A stretch of DNA of 64,000 nt from Octopus vulgaris (GCA_951406725.2 OX597827.1:8370001-8434000), one strand, 5' to 3'. Shown: positions 1 through 13,829, numbered from the stretch's first letter. Translations and numbers: made by a program. The notes: generated by a model not told the origin, from the sequence alone.

Positions 1-280
1 CAGGTCTGCTAAAATAAAGTACCCGTTAAATACTGGGGGTTGATTTGATATTCCTGCAAAGCATCTAGATGTGAATGAAATAATAATGGGTTTCAGAAAC
101 GTGCAGAAAAAAAAAGGTATTATTCAAGATATCGGTTTTGACTTTACAAAACAAAATTTCTTCTACACTAGATTTAATTACATGAATTTCCTGTTTTCAC
201 ATTGCTGTAGCATTCAACAAAATGTTACGATCACACAAACAACAAATGTACATTTTTATGTGTGTCTGTGTGAGTCTGTG

Positions 281-683
281 TACATATATATATATATATA
301 TATTTTTTATTTTTTTTATATAATATATATATATACATATATATATATCACAACATATATATATATATATATATATACATATATATATACACATATATAT
401 ATATACACATATATATATGCACATACATATATATACATATATATATATATATAAACATACATACTAATACAAATATGTATATATGTATGCCTGTGTATGT
501 GTGTGTGTACATATATATATATATACACACATGCATACATACATATGTACACATGAATATACATGCATACATACATACATACATACATACATACATACAT
601 ACATACATACGTACATACATACATACATACATACATACATACATACATACATACATACATGCTTGCATATATAGATATATATA
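281..683. repeat. Compound (TA)n/(TACA)n microsatellite
   Basis: Directly visible di- and tetranucleotide arrays. They explain the YIYI/MYVC ORFs. Confidence 0.95.
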
Positions 684-1307
684 ATATTAGAATGCACCTT
701 TCTCTACACTGTTGAAAAATAAATGGATAAAATATCGTAAGTATTTTTCATGATAAAATCTCTTTTTCACAACAATCTGTACAGCTTCACCCTGGTCTCT
801 ATCCAATTCTATATTATTTATGTAAATCTGTGTTTTTTAGAAAAATCTCCTTTGGTTTACACTTTCCAAAAAATTTTATCTAAAATAATTAAAATGAAAT
901 ATTAATTCTACAACCTTTTGTTTCTGTAAAAGACATTTTAATATGTTGTGATAACCCAGAAACAATATTCCATACATTTATATTTTCTTTGCTCTTCAAG
1001 AGAGAGAGAGAGAGAGAGAGTGGGAGTGTGTGTGTGTGCATGCATGCATGTGTGCATGCATACGTGCGTGCATGCATGTGTGTGTATACGAATGTCTTCA
1101 AATTTTTATTGCTTAATCAGAGGAAGAGCTCTGCCTGTGACCATTTCCAAGGCTTCTGAGACAGGATGAAGGGAAGAAAAAAGAAAGGAAAGAACAAAGG
1201 AGCTAAGGAATGAACTAATGTAAAAAATGAACAACGAACGAACGAAGGGGGGAGGGAGGGAGGGAGGAAAGAAGGAAGGGGGGAAATAGAGGGGGAGGGA
1301 GGGATCA

Positions 1308-1420
1308 ATGTGAAATAAAGTGTCTTGCTCAAGAACACAACACGCAGCCTGGTCTGGGATTCGAACTCACAACCTCACGATCGTAAGGTCGACGCTCTAA
1401 CCACTGAGCCATGTGCCTTC
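1308..1420 (-). mobile_element. Family C SINE 5' part (tRNA-derived head, CORE-like body)
   Basis: Minus strand reads TGGCTCAGTGG (A box) ... GAGTTCGAATCC (B box) ... GTGTTCTTGAGCAAGACACTTT. It matches 8616-8760. Confidence 0.8.
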
Positions 1421-1429
1421 AGATGTACT

Positions 1430-2450
1430 ATATTATCAAGTATGCTTTAGCCACACAAGCATACTTTGATCATATTATATGGTCTAATGTATCTTAGCCA
1501 CACAACCATACTTTTACATTGAGACTATATTATCCTAATGTCTGAAATATGCAGTTATACATATATTATAGCACTATATTATCTAATGTGTCATAACTAC
1601 ACAGTCACATATGAATTATATCAGTACAATACCAAAACTATCTTAACCACACTTACATGCTTATATCATAGCACTACATCGTCTAATGGTCTTAACAATG
1701 CAGCCATACCTGTATCATAGTACTAATGTGTTTAATCACATTAGTTCTCTGTCACAAGTGTGATATAAGCATGTAAGTGTAGTTAAGATAGTTTTGGTAT
1801 TGTACTGATATAATTTATATGTGACTGTGTAGTTATGACACATCTTAACCACAGTTATACATTTATCATGGCACTATATCATCTAGTGCATCTTAGCCAA
1901 AACAACCATACCTCTGCCATTAGACTACATTATCTAATGTGTCTTAACCACACACACGCACATAGATGTATCATAGTACAGGTCCATCACTGACTTCCCG
2001 GAAATGATGGTCCAGAATTTTTTACAAATTCTCATGACTGCCAAATTAGTACTTTACACAGTACAGTATTGATAAACTTGTATCATTTATACCAATGCGC
2101 AGGTATCTGTACTGCATTTAATTATTTAAGTAAATTTAATATTTGTTTAATATAGTCTGTTGGTCAAGGTAACCCCACTCCCCCTTGATTCTGAAATATT
2201 AGTTATCTGGAAAAGCTTTGGAACTAAACAAAAATCCGTGCTGCATCTCTGAATTTTTGTCAGTGAACAGGTCGCGGTCTTATAGCGACGAAAATATTTT
2301 GGAACTAAAGTTTCTGGAATACCAATGTTGTACTTACACTATATGCTCTAATGCCGTTATCACACAGACATCCAATAATATCATTTAATGTTATAACCAT
2401 TCAGACATACATGTATCATAGTACTACATTATCTAATATATATCTTGAAC
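1430..2450. repeat. Degenerate ~40-50 bp minisatellite, interrupted at ~1980-2335 by unrelated sequence
   Basis: Recurrent unit TATATTATCTAATGTGTCTTAACCACAC...CATAC...TATCATAGCAC, seen about ten times. Confidence 0.7.
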
Positions 2451-2571
2451 CTCAGTCATGCCTGCACTCCTACAGAGTGCTTGTAAGCATCATTCTGGAG
2501 ATAAAGTCCCAAGAAACTGAATTCATTCATTCTCAGTTCAGGTTTAAATCACAAGTATCTTTATCTTTTAA

Positions 2572-2956
2572 CTAGCAGTATCGCCCAGCGTTGCTAGGGT
2601 TTGTTTCGACCCTTTAGAATTGGAATTTTTGAAAAGTAAAAATTTTGCATTATGTAGCTTGTTATTCTCTTTAAGTGAACATTTTTCTGGTTGAGATACA
2701 CTGAAAAATGGCGACACAGTAGTCAAAAAATCGTAAAAAATAGGGACTTTCATAGAATAAAAGCACCTTTTTGATGTAAATAATTTTTGGTGTTAACATG
2801 GTCCGATTTTTCTTCTACGGAAGGAAGAGCAAGTCTTCTTCTATTATACTCTCAATTTTGGTCAACTTGCACCGCAGGGTCTTGGAGGAGATAGTGTTTG
2901 TTGAAGGCTACCAAACCTGCCATACACAGACAACTTCAGCGTTAAATATAGAGAGA
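2572..2956 (-). mobile_element. Non-autonomous Helitron
   Basis: Minus strand begins A|TCTCTCTATATTTAA and ends with GC-rich hairpin CCCTAGCAACGCTGGG followed by CTAG|T. The insertion lies between A and T with no TSD. Confidence 0.75.
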
Positions 2957-3012
2957 TTGTATCATTTCACTGGACTGTAACCATGCTGGGGTACTGCCTT
3001 AAAGGGTTTTAT

Positions 3013-3233
3013 CCCTTTTGTTACCATATTTCTGCTGAGATGCTCTGTGTTTCTTTCAATTACTTTAAATATGACAAAGAATTTAGTAGAATAACTTAGT
3101 TATCATTAAGCTAATATTAGGAACATTAATTGCGACTAAGGTTTGGTGGAAGATTTTAATTCAGAACTTATGAAAACAAGACATTTGTACTACAGAGCCA
3201 GAGGTGGTTTCAGACAGGTTGGTATCAAAAGGG
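3013..3233. mobile_element. piggyBac-like MITE (family P1), nested in a decayed family A SINE 3' half
   Basis: CCCTTT...AAAGGG termini with TTAT/TTAA flanks. Close copies lie at 45945, 53816 and 59864. Confidence 0.8.
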
Positions 3234-3670
3234 TTAAGTCAAACAAATCAACCATGGCACTTATTTTTATTCCTGGTTTTTATTCTATAGGTCTTTTACA
3301 CCCAACCACTAAGTTCCAAGGAAGTAAACAAACACTGGTTGTCAAACACTGGTTGTCAAACACTGGAAGGGGACAAATGCAAACACAAGGACATAGGCAC
3401 AGATACAGACATACAGATTATATATATATCATCATCATCATTACTATCTCATGCCTGTTTTCCATGCTGGCATGGGTTGGACTGTTTCACAGGAGCTGGG
3501 CAGCCAAAGGGCTGCCCAGGTTCCATGCTTGTTTTGGCATGGGTTTTACAGCTGGATGCCCTTCCTAATACCAGCCACTTTACAGAGTGTACTGGGTGCC
3601 ATTACACTGGAAGGGATGCATCTATGTGACACTAGCATGAGTGATTTTCACATGGCATCATCACCCATGA

Positions 3671-3706
<36 letters not shown>

Positions 3707-3975
3707 GGCACTTTGTGTTCCGATTTTGATTTTATTTGATATATATATATATATATATATACACCATCATCATCATTTAATGACCATTGTCCATGCTGAC
3801 ATGGGTTGGATGATTTGACTGGACTGATATACTAGAAAGCTGCACCAGACTCCAGTCTGATTTGGCATGGTTTTCTATGGCTGGATGCCCTTCTTAATGC
3901 CAACCACTCCAAGAGTGTAATGGATGCTTTTATATATGCTTTTATGTGCTGCTGGCATGTTGCCAATTTGTGTGA

Positions 3976-4365
3976 CACCTGTCTTGAATTCTTCTGTTAT
4001 TGCCTGGAGGACTATGATGAACAAGAGGGGGCTGAGAACCGATCCTTGATGAACCCCTACTTGTACCCTGAATTCTTTGCTGTACTCAATGCCCACCCTC
4101 ACTTTACTGATAATGTCTCTATACAAGGCTTGTATGGCTCTCACCAACCATTCATCTATCCCTAGTTTCTGGATTGACCACCAGAGAAGGGATCAAGGAG
4201 TCTCTGTCAAAAGCTTTCTCCAAGTCAACAAAAGCCAAGTACAGAGGTTTATCTTTGGCTAGGTATTTCTACTGTAATTGCCTTACCAGAAATAAAGCAT
4301 CAGTGGTGCTTCTATCTGGCACAAAACCAAACTACAGCTCATCTAGACTAACTCTCTCCCCAATT
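3976..4365 (-). mobile_element. RTE-clade LINE reverse transcriptase fragment (dead)
   Basis: Translates to *FGFVPDRSTTDALFLVRQLQ*KYLAKDKPLYLAFVDLEKAFDR and VRAIQALY...VGVHQGSVLSPLLFIIVL, with stops and a frameshift. Confidence 0.9.
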
Positions 4366-5480
4366 AATATTCATGAAAAGGGTTTCTGCACAGATTCCAC
4401 TTAGCAAATTCACTCACAAGCCATTGGTTGACCTGGGACTATAGTAAAAGGCATTAGCCCAAATTACTGCAAAGTGAGACTGAACCAGAAACCATATAGC
4501 TGCAAAGTGAGATTCTTAACCACACGACCATGCCTGAGTCTATAATAGTTTTATATATTTTTTTTTTATATGTTTTCCCTCATATTTTGAAATCATTCTG
4601 TAAAAGCTTAAACATCACAACTGCCCATTTCACAATCTTGTCTTCTAAAAATTACAGAATTTTGGTCAGTGAATTCAAACATGATCAATTACTTGAGAAA
4701 ATATGGGGTCTGACAGGTTTACTTGACCTTGGCAATATAGAAACAAAAACAAAAAAACATTGAAACAAAAAAAATAAAATATCCCTAAGACATGAGGCAT
4801 TCTGTAAACCTCTAGAGTCCGGTTTGGTTATGGAACTATTAAATTTAATTAAACTAAAATTATCACTCATGAAGAAAAATGGATGTGAAAATGAAAAAAA
4901 AATACAAAATATAGAAAATATCAATGGAAGGTTTTCGTGAGTTAAAATATTTTCAAGAATAATCAAATGTTTTCTCAGAAGAGAGTATGTGATTGGAAAA
5001 TTATGATAATTATATTATACAAATATTTGAAAAAGCTAAAGGATTTTGAAAATGTTTTTTAAAAAAAGTGCATAAAATTTTTACAAAATGAAACATCTTG
5101 GAAAATACTAATTTTTCAAAGCAGGCAGTTTATCACTTGAGTAAAAAAAATGGAAAATTCCTAATAATTTTCTAATTGATATTAATTGCGCAGAAAATAC
5201 GCACTTTTGTTAAGAATATTTCCACTAAATCTTTTAATATATCAAGAACTATGAGATCAAATTGTAAATGGTTGAAGTTGGTAAATTTTAGAATAATTAA
5301 CTGTTTTAGAAAGAATTTAAAAGTTGGCCTAACTGTTTTCCAACAGCCCCAATGTAGTGTTTAGCTGATAAGAGATTGGAATGTATAGTACAAAATGAAT
5401 ATATAAAGCTAAGAGTAAGACATTAATTCTTTACATATATTCTTGTAAATTTGCATTGAATCTTTTACATGGGATTGCAT

Positions 5481-5667
5481 GGCTTTGAGTAAAAGAAAAT
5501 AGAGGAGGATCAGTTAATTACGATTTTATTCAACATATTCTCCTCTCAGATTCACAGTTATCTCAGCAGTCCTTCAGTTTTTCTAAGCCCTGTAAAAGAA
5601 CTCAGAAGGTTGGGCCTCCAGCCAGGCCTTTTGTGATACCCTTAAAACCAGGAACTTTTCAGCACTC
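5481..5667 (-). mobile_element. Short mariner-derived MITE (near complete)
   Basis: TIR remnant CCAGGAACTTTTCAGCAC. The body is homologous to 32780-32923 and 34550-34615, and the former encodes a mariner transposase C-terminus-like peptide. Confidence 0.75.
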
Positions 5668-6410
5668 TGTCATAGGATACTTTTCAAATACAAAATTGTG
5701 TTAAGACTTGGCAAGAGAGAGAGAGCGGGGGTGGGGGAAGAAAAATATGCACGGGCATGGTTGTGTTGTTCAGAAGCTTGCTTTATAACCACATGAATTT
5801 AGGTTTAGTCTTACTGTGCTGACCCTTGGGCAAATATCTTCAATATAGCCACAGGCCGACCAATGCCTTGTGAGTGAATTTCATAGAGAGAAACTGTGTG
5901 GAGGTGACCGGCTGTGTGGTAAGAAGTTTGCGTTGCAACCACATGGTTCCAGGTTCAGTCCCACTATGTGGCACATTGGGCAAGTGACTTCTACTACACC
6001 CTCAGGCTAACCAAAGCCTTGTAAATGGATTTGGTTGATGGAAACTGAAAGAAGCCCATCGTGTATATTGTGTGTGTGTGTGTATTTATTTCTGTGTCTC
6101 TGTTTGACGACCAGTGTTGGTGTGTTTACATTCACATGACTTAGTGGTTCAGGTGAAGAGACCAATAGAATAAAGTACCAGGTTTAAAGAGAAAATAAGT
6201 ACTGGGGTTGATTAGTTTGACTAAAATTCCTCTAGGCACTGCCCCAGCATGGGCATAGTCTAACAACTGAAAGTAGTAATATATGATATATATATATATC
6301 AGTCACTGACCATTCAGACACATAAGACAGCTAAAAACAACCACATGGATTCTGTTGAGACCAGTAAGAAACAATTATAAACTTTTTTATTACACTTAAC
6401 TTTTTAAAAT

Positions 6411-6458
6411 ATTTTTGATAAGGTTCGTTTTTTCAAGAAGAACCGAAACATGTAAAAT
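6411..6458 (+). ncRNA. Candidate minimal type I hammerhead ribozyme, U3-A8 core variant (Penelope-type)
   Basis: ATTT-TTGATAA-GGTTC-(13 nt loop)-GAACC-GAAA-CATG-TA-AAAT. Stem I is 4 bp, stem II is a perfect 5 bp, stem III is the palindrome ACATGT and the cleavage triplet is GUA. AATAAA follows at 6463. Confidence 0.6.
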
Positions 6459-6754
6459 TTCTAATAAAATTAAAATTCATCTTATATAATGGCGTTTTCA
6501 AACTTCTTTTTTATAAATATATATATATATATATATATGGTTCAGTGGTTAGAACGTCATGAGATAGTGAGTTTGATTCCTTGACTGTGCTGTGTGTTGT
6601 GTTCTCAAGCAAGACTCTTCATTTCACATTGCTCCAGTTCATTCAGCTGTGGAAATGAGTTGAGACATCACTGGTGTGCCAAGCTGTATCATACAAAATA
6701 TATATACATATACAAATATATTGTGTGTGTGTTTTTTTTTTGTGTGTGTGTGTG

Positions 6755-6842
<88 letters not shown>

Positions 6843-7430
6843 AGTATGTGTGTGTCCATGCATGTGTGTATTTGTGTTTTCCGCCCACTACCATATAACA
6901 CTAGCAAAAGTTGACTTGTTTATGTTACCATAACTTATCAGTTTGCCTAAAATCACCGATAGAATAAACACTAGACTTCAAACAAACATGAAAAAAAAAA
7001 AATTTAAATTAAGGTTATTTGGATTGATTTCTTCAACTAAGCAATGCCCAGCATGGCTGCAGTCCAATGACTGAAACAAGTAAAAAGTGTAAAAGAGACA
7101 AGATAAAAGGAGAGAAGGGGGTGGAGAATAAGGGAGATAGGCTTTCATACACGCTTGGCATATGAAGGAGAGAAGTATTTTTATCAAGTTGGCAATGTCA
7201 AATTTCTGGTACATCAAGTCTCTGATACAAAGGAGCCTTCTTTAATCTAGGATTTCAGAAGTTTGTTTGCAACCAGATTCCTCTGTGGTGGATTGGGTAA
7301 GAGTTTTTTATAGCTTCAGTTTATCAACGCCTTCTGAATAAAATTTGGTTGACAGAAACTGTGCAAATTCTCATCGCATCCATGCAAGTATGTGTCTGTG
7401 TGTGTGTGTGTGTGCATGTATATATGTACA

Positions 7431-7815
7431 TGGACGTGCAATAGCCCAGTGGTTAGGGCAGCGGACTCGTGGTCATAGGATCGCGGTTTCGATTCCCAGA
7501 CTGGGCGTTGTGAGTGTTTATTGAGCGAAACCACCTAAAAGCTCCACGAGGCTCCGGCAGGGGATGGTGGTGATCCCTGCTGTACTCTTTCGCTACAACT
7601 TTCTCTCACTCTTTCTTCCTGTTTCTGTTGTACCTGTATTTCAAAGGGCCGGCCTTGTCACTCTCTGTGTCACGCTGAATATCCCCGAGAACTACATTAG
7701 TGGTATACGTGTCTGTGGAGTGCTCAGCCACTTACACGTTAATTTCACAAGCAGGCTGTTCCGTTGATTCGGATCAACCGGAACCCTCGTCGTCGTAACC
7801 GACGGAGTGCTTCCA
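7431..7815 (+). mobile_element. Family D tRNA-derived SINE
   Basis: A box TAGCCCAGTGG and B box GGTTTCGATTCC. A second copy starts at 50976. Confidence 0.85.
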
Positions 7816-8615
7816 TCATATATGTACATGCATGTATGTCTATATGAGTGCTTGTGTGTGTGTTGATGTGTGTGACTGTGTTTACATTTATATTTAGCAG
7901 TATATTCATAAGTGCAGGTGTAGTTACGTGGTTAAAAAGCCTGCTTTCCAGCCATGTAGTCTCAAGTTCAGTCCCACTTTAAGACACCTTGGACATGTCT
8001 TCTACTTTGGCCCTGGGCCAACCAAAGTTTGTGAGTGGATCTGATAGGTGGTCAGTGAAAGAAGCCCATTGTGTGTGGTGTGTATATTATATATATATGT
8101 ATGTGTATGTGTGTGTGTGTGTTTGACTATGTGTGTGTGTATTTCGATCTCTGTTCCTTATGAGTGTGCCCAGGTAATTTGCCACCATCTCTCTCCTGCT
8201 CTCCTTCATTCTCTCTCTTTCTCTTGCTCTCTTCCACTATCTCTCTCTCTCTCTCTCTCTCTCTTCCTCTTGCTCTATCTCTCAGACTGGTTAACCATGT
8301 ATCTCCTCTCCAGCAACGCACCCATTTCTAGCCTCAATCTTGATCACTCTCCCTCTCTCCCACTCTCTCTCTCTCTGAGACCAAGTAACCATGTAACCTC
8401 TTTCTGTCACTCTATCACACTCTAACCCTTTCATCATCTGACACAAGACCGCCTTAGAAATAGTCTGGAGAAGCCATAAAAGAAGACACTTGCCTAAGGT
8501 ACCATATACTGTAACTGAACCTGGAAACTATATGGTCTGGAAGTAAACTTTTTAACCACACACCCAAATCTGCACCTGTATATAATATATTGTGTAATTA
8601 CCATGTCCCAGTGAG

Positions 8616-8948
8616 GGTGCCTGGCTCAGTGGTTAGAGCATTGATCTTACGATTGAGAGGTTGTGAGTTCGATTCCCAGATCGGGCTGCATGTTGTGTTC
8701 TTGAGCAAGACACTTTATTTCATGTTGCTCCAGTTCACTCAGCTGTAGAAATGAGTTGCGACATCACAGGTGCCAAGCTGTATCAGCCCCTTTACCTTTC
8801 TCTTGGATAACACTGGTGGCATGGTGAAGGGATGCCAGTATGCATGGGCGACTGCTGGTCTTCCTTGAACAACCTTGCCTGGACTTGTGCCTGGAAGGGT
8901 AACTTTCTAGGTGCAATCCCTTGGTCTGTTTCATGACTGAAGGGGTTC
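8616..8948 (+). mobile_element. Family C tRNA-derived, CORE-like SINE
   Basis: A/B boxes followed by TGTTCTTGAGCAAGACACTT...CAGTTCACTCAGCTGTAGAAATGAG. Partial copies lie at 1308, 6538, 22290, 24326 and 45690. Confidence 0.8.
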
Positions 8949-9260
8949 TCAGAACCATGTCTCAATCAGCAGCAATAGTATATTGGGTTCAAATTTTGGG
9001 AAAAGGCATGCAACTTTAGGAGAGGAGGTAAGTTGATTACATCAATACAGGTGCTCAAGAGGTACTTAACCATTTAGCATTCAGATTACTTTATCAAATG
9101 TAATTCCTATTTATTTTCGTTGCTTTGAATTTATCCTCTTTATCTTGTAGCCTTGAGATTTCAATAAAATGGTTGCATATTTTTTAGACTAACATTGTTG
9201 GGTAGGTGAACTCAAAAATATGAAAGATAAAGTCAACCTTGGAGGAATTTGAACTCTATC

Positions 9261-9480
9261 TCTCTTTTACTCTTTTACTTGTTTCAGTCATTTGACTGCA
9301 GCCATGCTGGAGCACCGCCTTTAATCGAGCAACTCGACCCTGGGACTTATTCTTCTGTAAGCCCAGTACTTATTCTATTGGTTTCTTTTGCCGAACCGCT
9401 AAGTAACGGGGACATAAACACACCAGCATCGGTTGTCAAGCAATGCTAGGGGGACAAACACAGACACACAAATGCACACA

Positions 9481-9530
<50 letters not shown>

Positions 9531-9696
9531 TACGATGGGCTTCTTTTCAGTTTCCGTCTACCAAATCCACTCACAAGGCTTTGGTCGGCCCGAGGCTATA
9601 GTAAAAGACACTTGACCAAGGTGCCATGAAGCGGGACTGAACCCGGAACCATGTGGTTGGTGAGCAAGCTACTTACCACACAGACACTCCTGCGCC
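9261..9696 (-). mobile_element. Family A bipartite SINE, full length, inserted in a decayed family B copy
   Basis: GGCGCAGGAG head, internal microsatellite and (AAAAGAGT)n tail. A short duplication TGAACTC occurs at 9250 and 9697. Confidence 0.9.
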
Positions 9697-10503
9697 TGAA
9701 CTCAGAATAAAGAATGATGGATGAAATGCAGCTAAGCATTTTGCCCAGCATGCTAATGGTTCTGGCAGCTCAGTGCCTTAGTGAAGTGATAGAACTGCAA
9801 TTTATAGAGCAGCGACAATGAGTAAATTTAATGTATTAAAAAAATGGATATTAAATGTAATGGCAGAGAGAGAAAGAGAGGGGGAAGAAAGAGAGAGAGG
9901 GATGTGGAAGTGAGGTGATGAAATCATTGAACATTTTCTTGGGGGTAGCAATGGAATTTTGATGAGTTTTGAAAAAGAAAAGAATAAAAAATAAATTAAT
10001 CCTATAATATGGATTGATGGGATTTAGATGCCATGTTGAAGGCAAAATGAATTCAGTGAAATATAATGATGATTGAGAGTTCAATATGAAACAGAACGTG
10101 TCATATGATAGATGGCCGATTTGATTTTATCTTTGATATTTTGAGGAATGTGCTTGCACTAGCATCAATTATGATTAAAGGCAGCATTGTAAAAAAAACA
10201 AAAACCCCCCAAAAAACAGTGTATTAATAAAGATAGGTACAGCTTATACAAAATAACTCTGGAATACTTGTTTTATTATTGCAAAAATTTAAATGAATGT
10301 AATTGACAGTTAATATTTGCAGCAAAAATAGTGAAGTGGTAAAAGCAAAATAGTCTTTCGTTCTTTTTTTATTTTTTCATAAAGATAAGAACTCTGTCCA
10401 TCTGTTGCATCTATTAAACATTCAAATAATTCGTGTAAGTAGGTATATATATCATTATCTATATATCACTCTAATACACAAACATATACATACAATATAT
10501 ACA

Positions 10504-10561
<58 letters not shown>

Positions 10562-10620
10562 TATATAAACACACACCACACACGCACACACATGTGTATA
10601 TATACATATATATATATATA

Positions 10621-10932
10621 TCATCATCATCATTATCATCATCATTTAGCGTCCGCTTTCCATGCTAGCATGGGTTGGACGGTTCAACTGGTGTCTGTGA
10701 AGCCAGAAGGCTGCATCAGGCCCAGTCTGATCTGGCAGTGTTTCTACGGCTGGATGCCCTTCCTAACGCCAACCACTCCGTGAGTGTAGTGGGTGCTTTT
10801 TATGTGCCACCCGCACAGGTGCCAGACAGAGCTGGCAGACGGCCACGGACGGATGGTGATTTTTACGTGCCACCGGCATGGGGGCCAGGCAAGGCTGGCA
10901 ATGGCCACGAATGGATGGTGCTTTTTACGTGC
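10621..10932 (-). mobile_element. Family E retroposon with (GAT)n tail and internal ~60-bp repeats
   Basis: 3' end CCAACCCATGCTAGCATGGAAAGCGGACGCTAAA(TGA)n. More than 12 copies occur in the window. Confidence 0.85.
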
Positions 10933-12482
10933 ATATATGTATGTATATTCGCTTTGGAAAGTATATTCAGTGAGTAAGGTCAGCTGGCTGCTGTTTCTAG
11001 CCAGGTGTTTGTCCAGCAGTAAATTCATAAGTGCAGGTCAGCTGGTACTGCTAATGGCTAGGAGGGAGCAGTGAGCCTTCTTGCTTACAGTATGTCTAGG
11101 ACACAGATTATGTGTTGATAAAGAAGCTAGAAAAGACGTTTTTTTGCGGTTAAAACATATCAAATAGTCCTAGTCAGGACTGCCTCATTATGTTGGCCAA
11201 TAAATTTTATAATATATATTTTGCCTTTATTTATAAGTTGTTTATAATTTTCGCCTTAAAAGTTATTTTTTAATAGGCTGGCTGGCCACTGATAAAAATT
11301 TTTTGAGAATTTTATCCTAAAATAGATGTAAATTTATTACCATTCACTTCCGGACTGTCTCTTACTCTTTGAGAATTTTCAGTCTCATCACACATGTCTT
11401 GAGCAGTACAGCAAAATTTCTATTTGGATATTTTCGGGGTACTTAAGTGTACGCATGACTTTACATCTGCTTCTTCCATGGGTGGAAGTATTTATTTCAT
11501 TTATTTCTTAACGTATTTACCACTAGTGTCGAGAAAATTCTTTAAGAATTAACTCAGAAACTGGACTGATTCATAATAACAGAAATTTTTAGAAATTTCT
11601 GTCAGCTTGCTTCAAGATGCATGCTTATAGTGATGAATTATATGTGGTTATTGATGATTTAAAGTCTATCTCAGCATATTTGGCATAGAAGTTTTTTTCG
11701 TTTGCTCTAATTTATAAGTTTTTTATAATGTTCACCTTAAAAGGTATTTTTTAATATGCTGGCCACTGATCAAATTTTTGAAAATTGTATCCATAAATTA
11801 GATGATATATAATATATATATATATACTCTTTTATTCTTTTATTTTTTTCAGTCATTTGATTGTGGCCATGCTGGAGTACCACCTTTAGTCGAGCAAATC
11901 AACCCCAGGACTTATTCTTTGTAAGCCTAGTACTTATTCTATCAGTCTCTTCTGCCAAACTGCTAAGTTACGGGGATGTAAACACACCAGCATCGGTTGT
12001 CAAGTGATGTTGGGAAGACAAACACAGACACAGAAACACACACACACATATATATACACATGGTGCAGGCGTGGCAGTGTGGTAAGAAGCTTGCTTCTCA
12101 ACCACATGGCTCCAGATTCAGTCTCACTGCATGGTACTTTGGGCAAGTGTCTTCTACTATAGCCTCGGACAGACCAACATCTAGTGAGCGGATTTAGTAG
12201 ACAGAAACGGGAAGAAGCTCTTTGTATGTATATATATATATATGTGTGTCTCTGTAACTTAGCAGTTCAGCCAAAGAGAGTGGATTTAGTAGATGGAAAT
12301 GGGAAGAAACCCTTTGTATGTATATATATATATATATATATATGTCTCTGTAACTTAACAGTTCAGCCAAAGAGACTGATAGAATAAATACTAGAATTAC
12401 AAAGAATAAGTCCTGGGGTTCATTTCTTTGACTAACACTTTATGTATATAGATGTGTGTGTACACACACACACACACACACA

Positions 12483-13494
12483 TCTATATACATAAATGTG
12501 TAATGGTTTCTGTCTGTCTGTGCATTTGAGGTCACTCTAACTCCTCCCACACCGTCCAACCAATTTTAATGATTTTTGGCACATAGGTTGATCACATGCC
12601 CTGAAGTTCAAATAAGGCTGGAATTTTTCTGAAAACTTGTTAATGCTCAGTTGGCATCGAATTTTGTGAGCTCAGTCAGGTGTTTGAATGGAAATTCCCA
12701 TAACAATGTTATTTTTCCTTCAGCCTTTGCATTTCCTCCGATTTTGATGAAAATCGATGAGTGAGCAGGGCTCATGGCAGAAAGTTGATGTCAGTACATA
12801 GCATTGACAAAAATCGATAATTGCATTTGAGCAGGAGATTTTAAGAAACCAATAGGCTTTTTTTATATGCAATTACCCACAGGATTAATATTTTATGCTG
12901 TAACTTTTACAGAATTCATCCGATTTTGATGAAATTTGACATTTAGGTAAAGTTTCTTGTTGGAGTCATCTAGTAGAATTATAATTAAACTGGCAAAAGA
13001 CAGAAATCTTCACAATTTACTCACAATAAAATAATGAACTGATTTTAAAGAAAATTGAGTCATGAGTAAAATTAAGCACTTTGACATATGAAACATCGAT
13101 TATTCATATAATGTATTGGGATTTAAAAGTCAATGGGATATTTTCATGTAAATGGTCACATGGATTCTATTTTAACACTTAACACTTTTCTTCAGATTTT
13201 GCTGAGATTGGACATGCTGATCAATTTTGCACAGAGGGTGGCATTAAGGGGAGAGAAATAAACAAACATCACTCTCAAGAGGTCGAGGTACACCCAAAAG
13301 TTTGACTGCAATTTCAGATGGTCTAGTATTTAGAAGTATGTCGAAAGCTTTAACCAGGTAAAATCCCTGCCAGACTAGATATAACGTCTTAATGGAAAAT
13401 AGTTGGTATGGGGAACTTAGAAATTTCAATACAAGGTCAGAGGTGGGCTTAACTTCAACACAGAAAATATGAGCAATACTGGGTCCAACAGCTA

Positions 13495-13495
<1 letters not shown>
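12483..13495 (+). mobile_element. Non-autonomous Helitron-like element
   Basis: A|TCTATATACATAA start, (CTGT)n near the 5' end and a repeated CCGATTTTGATGAAA motif. It ends GAGCAATACTGGGTCCAACAGCTAG|T. Confidence 0.65.
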
Positions 13496-13538
<43 letters not shown>

Positions 13539-13573
13539 ATATATATATATCATACATATATATATATATTATA

Positions 13574-13679
<106 letters not shown>

Positions 13680-13789
13680 GTAGATAGATAGATAGGTTGA
13701 CAATATCAAAAATAAATATTACTCTGAAATAGCATTAGCATTACCTTTAATTCTATAATTGTTTGGGGGTAATCCTTTATATTTTACTA

Positions 13790-13827
<38 letters not shown>

Positions 13828-13829
13828 TT

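Noticed and set aside
7431-7505. tRNA genes (also at 8616, 36831, 50976, 58421)
   Set aside because: A/B boxes are present, but there is no complete cloverleaf and each continues into a SINE body.
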